Shown here piece after piece: positions 47,177 through 56,656 of a DNA stretch of 64,000 nucleotides (its first letter is position 1; the number at the start of each line of letters is the position of its first letter). The notes beneath the pieces are model-generated. The model searched no databases. It saw only the letters and a program-made list of their open reading frames with translations, and was not told the origin of the DNA. The position numbers were made by a program, and so were the translations under genes. This DNA comes from Amoebophrya sp. A120 (Eukaryota; Protista; Dinoflagellata), in assembly GCA_905178155.1 (NCBI GenBank), contig CAJINV010000001.1, forward strand, positions 8,277,599 to 8,341,598. Reading direction: 5' to 3'.

Positions 47177-48783
47177 TCAATTTTCCCGCTCGCGATTCCG
47201 CTCGCGCTCCTCTCGTTCTGCCATGTTCAGCAGCATCGCAGCGGCATAGTTCACGCCGACGATCACCCCGGTAAGGGCCAGCTGGTACAACATGGTTCGC
47301 ATGCACATTCGCTGCAGTAACAGTCCGACGGGTTGCGCTTCCGGAAGCTTCAGGGACGAGGGCTGTAGTTGGTACGTATGTGATTTATTTTTGAGTTAGC
47401 TTTTTCAATCAGCAGACTTTGAAGTCAGCGTTCGCGTTTTTTGAAAATGTCACTGGTGTATGTTCATCCATGTTTCAACATGCGTCCTCGATCGACGAGA
47501 CCATTTTGAGCATATGAAAAACAAGAACAACAAGACAAAGCCTGTAGAAATAAGTAGATAAACAAAACTCTCACCACGCCGCGAGTGTATTCCAAATTGA
47601 CGGCTTGAATCGCCTTCGCGTTTTTTGAAATGAAGTAGCTCGACTCCCCTCGCCGCAAGCTCACCAGCTGCACGAAGGGGGAGAGAAATTGCCCGAAGAG
47701 AACTGAAAAGGACAACCGGACCATCGTCAGGTCCATCTGGGACAGGTCGCTCAGTTTCCAGTTGATGATCTTTGCGATCAACATCTGTACGAAGTCTTCC
47801 GCTACGACGGTAGTCATGTAAAGCGGCAATCCCTCGAAGAAGCTGGACAGTCCGTAGAGTTGCAGGATTTGGTAGTTCAAGCGCCAGAAGTCCTTCGTAG
47901 TGCCAGAAACGAAAATCGCGCGGTTGTGCAGAATGAGAAACGGGTACGCTGCCATCTCCGTTGCGTACTTCATTAAAATACGGGCAAAATTCGTGTCGGA
48001 CTCTATTTGTTGCTGCACTTGAGAAGATGGATCAGCGGACGGACCGGAATGGTCGCTTTGCCCTCGTTCGGGATTAGGAAACTCTACTGGTGCAGTTCCG
48101 CTATTTATTTTGCTGCTACTTCTCGACGTTATGTCATTTGTGACTGTGCCCCGCGGCGGCGAAGCTAGGCGAATCTTTGGCGATAGTTCGCGGCTATTGC
48201 CATGGTACACAATATTGTCGTCGTCCTCTCGCGTTCTCGATGCCGGCTCGGAATCCGAGGGACTGTTCAGGCCGGACAAAAGCGTGGTGTTGAAAGTTGG
48301 AGACAAGGAGAATAACTTCCCGAGGCCCACCAGCCGGAGGATGGTGACCGCGCCACCCACGAAGCCGGCCGCCACCCTACAGCTTAACCGCCGGGCGGAG
48401 TAGTACAGTCTTCTCACTTCCGCGCCGGGACTCCTCCACAAGCGAGCGAAAGCCGGCACCAGCAACGCGTCGCCCCAAATGCGGAGCCAGTCGCGCACAT
48501 AGACGTGCAGTAGGTGAAACCCGAAGCCCTGAAAGGAGACGTGCATCGGCTCGCGACAGACCATGCGCCACGTCAGTCGGAAGGGCGTCAACAGCCCCAG
48601 CCGCCCCCGATACTGGGTGAACTCCTCGCAAATCAGCAACTTTTGGCACAGCATCGACAGAGGGTATCCCGGTGCGGACCACATGGTCGAGATCAATTTT
48701 GGCTCCAAGATGGTTCCCTGCACACGCGTCACCGCGTCTCGGTGCGGCTGCAGCCGCAATGGGTAGGGGTTTAGGAGCCCCAT
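47177..48783 (-). CDS. Divergent mitochondrial carrier-fold protein (MTCH/SLC25A46-like)
   Basis: YPLS..., REPMHVSFQGF, AAYPF.....R and YGLSSFFEGL motifs. The final exon (PSSLKLPE...EREN*) joins by a phase-0 GT-AG intron. Confidence 0.55.
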
Positions 48784-49820
48784 TTCTGGCTGGGTGGCCG
48801 CCTCTTCAGGTGAAAGCTGTGCCAGGGTGAAATGTGCCTATCTAGTATCGGTTTTGCGTCAAAGCCACAACATGTTGATTTTTTTTATTTCTGAGCGAAA
48901 AACGCCACCGCGTCTGTGCCTTAACTCCACAAGAATTAATCTACTTACTTGTACTTCATCATATCCCAAGTATACATACGGAAGTTTTTTGACGAATTGG
49001 AATTCCACTCTATTTTTTCTCTTTCTAAATTAATTACTTACTAGTGTCGGCACGTATGATCAGCATCGCCACCAGAGCCGGCACAATTGTCGAATCGCTG
49101 TGATGAATTTCCATCAATACGGCAAGAAGGCCGTGCTTAGCTGAGCAAGAAGCAGGCTTATGTGCCTCTGTCTGTACGTGAAACCAGGACGCAGATCACG
49201 AACTAATAGAACTGCACCAGCACGGCAACTAGCTGATCGTTACTGAAATTGATATGATCGTATCAAAAGCAAAAAAGTGATCAGTTCATTGAAAAGGACA
49301 GCTGAGCTTCTTGGTCCGGACACGCAGAAACACTCAGGGGCCTTCAACATGTTCAGCTTCAGACCTGGTAGTTACCTCGCCGCAGACAGTGACGGATCGT
49401 GATCGATGCAGATCGCTGGATCTTCAGACGAATCTCAACATGACATCAGAAAGAAGCAATGAGCAGGTAGCAAGGTCTCTACGCGCACCCATCGTCGACT
49501 CGGCTCGACAAACTCAAACATCCAACGGAAACGTCACATTACGAACGCGAAAAATCCAAGTACATAAACTAACTTAAACGGAGAAGAACAAACGCACCCA
49601 TTTTTTGCACACATCGCAAGGCGTCGCTTTGCAAACTTCGGTTGGAATTAAATGTACATAATGAAATATTCATATTGATCAAAGCCAAAACGGGCACATG
49701 CAATTCATTGCAATCGCTGACTGGTCGTGGTAGGGGTGGGTCGTTGTCCTCAAATTGGAATGTAAGTACTTGTCGAATGTAGCTGTAACGAGCAAGACCA
49801 TCTTCATCAAAGTGAATTCA

Positions 49821-51524
49821 TTACTGATTCAGTTCTTTCGGCACGGCTCCGCCCGTCAGCTTGGCTTTTTCCGCTTCGTGTTCCAGGGCGGTATAATCCT
49901 TGTCAAAGATCCGATCCTTGCCAAACTCCGTCTCCCGGTCGCGTTGCGCGAAGGTTTGGGCCACCATCAGGGGAAACACCAACGTCGCGTCCGAGTACAC
50001 TTTCACCGGGTTCGCATCCACGCGAATCTTGCCCCACGACTTCGCTTCGTCCGGACGCGCTCCGGAGTCCGACCCGTCAAATTCTTGCGCGGTCGAGACG
50101 TAGACGCAAAAATCGCAGCCGTTGCGCATCAGGTTAGCATTCATGGTATGATGTTTCACCTGAAAGATAATTTTTTACGTGGAATAAATTTTTTCTAGGT
50201 CGGTGTTTATTAACTTTCTTTCTTTTTCTTTTTTTCAACTTATCCATCAACTGAGTACAATCGTTTAAAACAACTCCTGTTTACCATTCCGCCTCCGAGC
50301 ACGATGACGCCCGTTTTCCGTGCCTTCATCGCCTCGTCATTGATGCGTTTGATGTCCGCCACCACGTCGATGACAAAGCCGGGACGCTTGAAGGTGTGGA
50401 AGTACAGCATATCTCCGATGGACCCGTCCGTGATGCTCGGGCACAGGAGCGGGATGTTGTTCTTGTAGGCCCAGTAGCAAACGGACCGCTCGTCGTCGAT
50501 CTCCTTCCCGAGGCGGTGAATGAAGGTGGACGGCGTCCAGACCACCCCGTACTGCTCCTGCTCGTCGTGCATTTTGTGCAGCAGCGGGGCCATCCAGTCC
50601 TCAAACTATCCTGAGTAAAAATGTCCCCACACCAGAATCAAGATGGGAAATCCGCTACCGACAAATCAGCCACCTCTGGATGTTTCGCATGACAAGTTTA
50701 TCCTCGTAGTGTAATCCTGTTTAGCTAGTTCCGAAGCATTACAGATGTAGCATATCATGCTGATTCTAGCATCACAAATTCCAAAACAGAACTAGAAAAT
50801 GGGTCTCTTGGGGCTCCGCATGAGAAACTTTTTTGGGGTGCAGATTTGCATGACAACTCTGGGGTGGGGACATTTTTACTCAGGATACAAACAGGCAGTA
50901 GTTCTTGTTCGGGACCAGCAAATTCCCGATCCGGTTCAAGCCCTGCTTGCGCAGGGCGACCCCGTCCAGGGAGAAGGCGCCCTCGTAGGTGTCCGCGAGG
51001 CACTTGATCAGATCCTCCTCGATTCCCCCAGCGGAACTGGTCGCCACCTGGACCATGCTGTGCTGGAAGAGGAAGCGGAGCTGCTCCCGCAGGCCCGCGG
51101 AAATCAAGTTCGAGGTATATGCCAGAAAAATTTTGCACTTCACCTTCTCGCGGACTTGCAGGTCCTTGAACTGCTCCTCCTCGTCTTCCGCGATGGGCTC
51201 TTTGGCGAGGGACCAGTCCAGCATGCGGCGGATCTCCTGGACCGCCTTGCCGTAGTTCTGCGCCTGGAAGCCCGATTGCAAGTAGCTGTCCAGTAACTTC
51301 TCGTACTCGACCGGGCCAGGGTTGTTGAAGTCGTAACCCTTCGTGACCGGTTTCCCGGTCAGGTCCACCGACTCGACCAGCACCGCCTCGGCCAGCGCCA
51401 CAGGAATTTTGTTTTCCGCCATCACCACGTCGCCCGGCGAAACGGTAGAAGCGCCTCCCGGACTGCTCAAACCCGAGGGCGACATCGAGTCGCCTTCTCG
51501 TATCTGCTCCTGAGCGGCGTTCAT
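49821..51524 (-). CDS. DHS: Deoxyhypusine synthase
   Basis: [51 protein letters not shown]|[19 protein letters not shown]|[14 protein letters not shown] and [19 protein letters not shown]. Confidence 0.97.
50607..50887. mobile_element. Introner, family A-related, 281 bp
   Basis: 30-bp TIR TATCCTGAGTAAAAATGTCCCCAC.CCAGA (1 mismatch); TSD CAAAC (50602-50606, 50888-50892). Confidence 0.93.
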
Positions 51525-51870
51525 TTTTTATAAGAGAGAGAAAACTTTGATGAAGTTGTACTGTTTTTTTTTTCTACAGCTTGCCGGCGAGAGGAAGATC
51601 TCAACCTGAATGTGTGGTCACTACAAATCAGCACGCACAACTAGTACACCTGCGGTTCTTTATGACGTTTGTAACAACATCGGAGTGCATTTTCGACGCG
51701 AATTCCGCCAGCAGAGCTAGAAAACAACAACCACACACACGACCGATTGCAGCTGCAGGTGATCCAGGTTTTCGACAAATAAATGATCCGACTATGCGTA
51801 CACATGTTTTGATCGACACATTTTTGATCCTTAGCTGTCTACAACTTGGTTTTTTATGTTCTTTCTTTCT

Positions 51871-52220
51871 AATCTTGAACTTGCGCCAACATCTCTTCAC
51901 TTTTCGGCAGATTCTGATCGTCTAACAAAGGCTCTTGAAGCTGCCAGGCTTTGCGTTTACGTTTTGCGCGTAGTTCTGTTCGCGTCTACAAAACAAGCGA
52001 AGAAAGGTCGCAAGTTACTTACGCTTACCGAATGAAAAACAGAACCGATCTTCTACACGCCTGAACACTCTTTCTGATACGGAACCCGTGTAGCAAGCTG
52101 CAACAAAAACCGACGGAAGCCTTTCGGAAAGACCAGGCGAGAATGGTGTTTCTTTCCCACGATGCCTAACATGAAAATTGCGCACCTGGTAAAAAAGTCC
52201 GGAGCAGTAAACGCAAAAGA
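51871..52220. repeat. Dispersed ~350-bp repeat, copy 1 (direct copy at 60807-61181)
   Basis: Colinear blocks such as AGATTCTGATCGTCTAACAAAGG, CGCTTACCGAATGAAAAACAGAACCGATCTT and ATGGTGTTTCTTTCCCAC. Confidence 0.88.
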
Positions 52221-52280
52221 GTGATCCAACTGTCGAGGAACCCTACCACCTTCGTTCCCTCCAGTCGTGCCGACATGCTG

Positions 52281-54285
52281 ATCATCATCATCATCATCAT
52301 TTATCCTGCACTAGGGGAGGGCGTGCGGAGGTTTGGGCTCGAGTTCGTTCCAAGCTGCACCTCGAGGGTTTCTCACTGCAGCGTCGCACATCATCGCTTA
52401 TCGTCGCACACTAACATCAAAAGGCGTCAAGTCAAGTCAACGCGTGGGCTAGTCTCTGAGTAGTAATCCTCGCTCAGAGATTTATCGAAAGCATCGTAGC
52501 CGTGCGCGTATTGTTATCACGTTCTTCTTCCAGTGGGGGGCTGTGGCCTTACTATCTGACCATGTGCGTTCCGTCAGATTCCTTTTGGAACCACACGCCC
52601 GCCACCTGCGCCTCTTCCTTGCCGGTGTTTTCGCAGAAGAAAACCTCGCCCACCTGGAATACTATTCCTGGGTCGTCTTCCAGTTCCCAAAAACCCGTCC
52701 TGTTACTGATCTGCTTCCACTTTTTCCCATGGAGACTCCCGGCCACCTGTGCCCGCACCTGCTCTTCTTCTGCCTTTTGCTGGCCCAGCCTTCTTCGGCG
52801 TTCCGCCTGCATTTCCTGCGCCCGTTCGGACTTCTGCCCCGGCTTCGGCCCCTTTTTTCCTGGGGGTTTTTTGGCTGTTGCGTACGGCCGGCGCCTTGTC
52901 AGCATTTCGCGCACCACCGGCCCCGCCGGCTTTTGCAGCTCTAGGTCTTGTAGCGTCGGGCTATAGTGCTCTAGATCTGCTGCTGCCAGCTTGCCCCATG
53001 GCGTGCCTTCTTCGATTTCCCGGCGGATTCTTGTGATGGAACCCTCCCCCGAGGGATCCCGCGCTGCGTGACCGATCCAAGAGATTCTTTTTTCCCTTAT
53101 CTCCGTCTCGATCAGCTGCACCCCGAGGGACTGGCATAACTCCGCCCGTGATGGGGATGCTTCCCAGTCCCAGACTCCACAGATGAACCGCAAGGCGTTG
53201 AGCTGGAAGGCCCTCAGCGCTTTCTCGTCGCTTTCTGTCGTTGCCCACGTTTCTGCATTATACAGCGCCACGCTGAGGCTCAGGAAGCGGCATAGGTTGG
53301 CTTCGAGGTGCCGCGGCGCCTCCCTATCCCGCCAGATCTTGCTGAGGGACCGCACAACACAGAGCGCCATCGCGCAGCGACTGCGCGTTTCAGCTTTTGT
53401 CGACCCTTCGCTGTCCACCTCCGTACCGAGGTAGGTAAAGCGGTCGACTGTTGCGGTCTGCTTCCCGTCGTGCCACACGTTGGCCGGCTCCGTTTCCGCT
53501 TTTCCCTTGCTTTCCTTTTTCTCCCCTTCGGCCTCCCTCGCTACCCTCAGCGTGCGCAGGTCGTGGGCCGTTTTCCGCTCTCTGCAGAACCCAGTCGCCA
53601 GATGGTACCTGAGCGCGGTTTCGTCTGCCAGCAGGTCCCCGCACCGGGGGCACCGGTGCGCGTTGTGCTTTTCGACGATGTGCTCACGCTGCCCCATCCT
53701 GTTGATTCACAGTGCCCTCCCGGCGTCCAATGTGGCCCAGCCTGAAGCCTTTAGCGTTATCGCGTTGTGTGTCGGTACCAGGTCGCCCATACGCCGTGTG
53801 CACACCGCGCGCACAGCGGCCCGAAATTCTGGCTCGAGATCAACCCCGGACCAGTCGACCAGGATGTTGCATGTCGGGGCTACCCCCTTCGCGTTGTTCA
53901 CCGTGCATCTCTCGACCATGGCGAACTCGTCCCGCTTGTCTTTTCGCTCCGGGTTCACCGCCATGATTTCTGTCTTTCCCTTGTCCGCATTCAGCTCCAA
54001 CCCTACAAACCTGCAGGCCCCCGCCAGCTCGGTGCCTGCGGATTGCGCATCTTCCTCGGATCCGGTCTTGATTGCCAAATCATCGACAAACCCGAGCAGG
54101 CTCATCGCGAATCCACGAGCTTGTGCTGTGGCCCACCTTTTTTCCTCTTTCATCACTTCCGCGAAGTTGGTGATGGCGAAATCAAGCACGATGGCGAAAA
54201 GCAACGGCGAAAGCGAGCTGCCCTGCCGTATGCCAGCCATCTGCTTGATAGCTTCCGTGAACCTGTCGGCCGCTAGCCTCATCAA
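52281..54285 (-). mobile_element. 5'-truncated, decayed non-LTR retrotransposon (RTE-like)
   Basis: RT motifs GIRQGSSLSPLLF, FVDDL, GLELN..KTEIM, FTYLG, LSKIW and LYNAETW; an in-frame stop at 53707-53709; a (TGA)6 microsatellite 3' tail at 52281-52300. Confidence 0.88.
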
Positions 54286-54309
54286 AAGGTGTCCGATTAT
54301 CGAAACTAC

Positions 54310-54681
54310 TCAACTTTCTTCAGTATCACTGCAGTTATTCTCGTCTTCTTCTTCGAGGATCGGATCGCACTGCAGGCCGAGCTTCTTCTTCGCGGCGCAC
54401 TTCTTCTCGTGCGTCTTCATGCGTCGGGACGCGCCGACCTTCTTCTGGAAATCGCGAGGCCAAAATATCGAGTGCTCCGCGCAGTGTGGACAAATCAGCT
54501 CTCGGGCGCTGAACTTCGAAACGTCGCCACCGCTAAGAAACCGCTCCGGAGGAGGGGCAAAACGCTGCGAAGGCTTGCACTTGTTCGAGAGAATGCATTG
54601 GCCCGACTTCCCATACGCGAATTCCTCGGCCGGGGTGTAGGACCCGTCACGCTCGCCGACGATGCGGACGCAGTCGTCCTC
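54310..54681 (-). pseudogene. Orphan C-terminal coding fragment with C2HC zinc finger
   Basis: Open frame of about 123 codons without a start: ...LICPHCAEH...RMKTHEKKC...DTEES*. Confidence 0.45.
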
Positions 54682-55572
54682 TGATAAACTGAGTTTCCCA
54701 ATCCCAACTCAACTAAAGCAGTCAGTCTTTCGGGAGTACATCAATGCCGAAACGTTTCGTAAATAAAAGTCACGGCTGATGTAGTTTTAGTAATATCTCA
54801 TGCCACAGACTGGATGTCAATTATTTCGCCTGCGAGTGAGTGAGGGCAGTTTGTGCAGGAGGCATTATATTATATGTTCTTGACCGACGTGCTTTTGTGT
54901 GTGTGCGTGTGTGTTGCTTCTTCTATTGCGCTATCGCCACCTGCTTGGATCTTGACGCTTCCCACTTTAGGGGACCTACGCGATTGATCTACGCAAAAAT
55001 CGCAACAACAACACTGATCTCCAGCCATGATCTTACGAGCTGGCATGAAAAAGGCATACATGTTGCACAGACTTGTCTCGCTTTGTTCGGAAGGCTATAG
55101 CTTCATCGTGCAGGTGGTGTCATGCAAGTTTATCATACAAGTAACGCGTTAACTGACAGAAGCAGTTGGTTGGTGTCTTACCTGTTTTTCCCCGCCTGCG
55201 CGGCCGGACGCAATAACATACACGTGGAACACTATTAAAAAAGACAACACAGTAGACCACGAGTGCCGATCGTAGAAACCAGAACTCAAGAAAAAGAAGA
55301 AGAACAACGTTTGCGCTTCAAGGCTCGTGATGAATAAATAACAAGGAAGTTGTGAACAAGTGCACGAGTCCAGCGACGACTTCGCTCCCATCTTGCTTTA
55401 CACATCTGGCTGTGTTTTTTTTTCATTTTCAAACACCAATCATACACCATCTCCATCAATTATACACGGAAAAATACTTTCCATCTCAGTGTTCCTTTTT
55501 TTCTTCATTGCATCGCCTCCAAAAATTACGAAAACAATGGCTGTTTTCTAGAAAGGAAAGTGTAAGAAGCAC

Positions 55573-55643
55573 CGTAGCCGTCGCTAATCCGAATGTTCAA
55601 CATTCGGATTAGCAACGGCTACGCAACATTCAATGTTGTAGCC
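55573..55643. repeat. Near-perfect 51-bp palindrome with overlapping small hairpin
   Basis: CGTAGCCGTCGCTAATCCGAATGTT-C-AACATTCGGATTAGCAACGGCTACG, followed by GGCTAC..AACATT-C-AATGTT..GTAGCC. Confidence 0.85.
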
Positions 55644-56656
55644 TCAATCCTTCTTCCTCGATTCTAGGCCCTGAAAGTGTTCTAACTGTAGCTGTAATTC
55701 TCCTCCAAAATTGAAGGCACATTTAGGAAAAACCTTCCGAATACGTACATCTTGTTTCCTCCGAATACATCGTACACTGTTTTCACGGGTTGTCTGTACA
55801 GAATTATTGCTATATAGTTATGTAAAATCAATCGGGTGCTCGCTTCTTTAGGCGAGCGAGTAACTGTCTGAACGTACTATCTATGCTCCTGTTTGTAAAT
55901 GGCTGGTGAATAATGTTTCAACATATCACCACCAGAGCTCGAAGAAACAAAACCCTTCTTAGCTGTGAACCAACGAGCTCGGGGAGTTGCCTGAGAGAAG
56001 GAAAGCCGAAGCCTTCAATCAACCCAGGCTTCAGAAAGGCGCAACACTACCTAGTTATGTAAAATCAAAATAGAAGTTTGAGTAGGTCACTGTAGCCGGA
56101 GCGAACTGCGAGAATTTGAGTGCTTAGCCTGTCGTGTTGAGTTGAAGAGAAGAAGAAAAGCGAAAATGGACCCTAACTGGAATGGGCGCGGCGCATGTGT
56201 GGATACTTCTGGCCACGGGGTCCCATACGGAAAAGGCAGGAGCTGGATCCTGGTCCCGTACGGAAAAGGCAGTGGCAGGAGCTATTATAGTTATACATAC
56301 GACGTATATAATTGCGCTCCGCCAACAAGACAAGGCGGCCGGTGGAAGTCCATCTTTTTTGCGCTGAGCATGAAAGAGAAATGAGTAAAAATACTGCAGC
56401 AAGATTAAGATATCAAACAATCCAGGCTGAGCGAGCCCTGCTTTAAGATAGTGGGGCCGGGCTCGCTATCGCAAAATATCCAGTCATTGTGTGTTCGCTT
56501 CTTGAAGAAGCCTTCTTCAGGCGAGCACATAATATCAAAAAATAACAATGCGCCTCATTGCTATACTCTTTCTGATCCGAACTGGTGCTGAGCTGCGCAG
56601 GCTGTTGTCTAGTCTTTCCCGCGGCGCCGTAATACTACCCTCGAGAGCTTCATCCT

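Noticed and set aside
53707-53709. In-frame TGA in the retrotransposon as evidence for UGA=Trp or a reassigned code
   Set aside because: It is a single stop in a truncated, decayed element; host genes use TGG for Trp and TGA/TAA/TAG as stops.
56220-56285. 33-bp tandem repeat, and also TTTTGATCCATG repeats at ~60595-60730
   Set aside because: They are short degenerate minisatellite-like duplications with no further structure.
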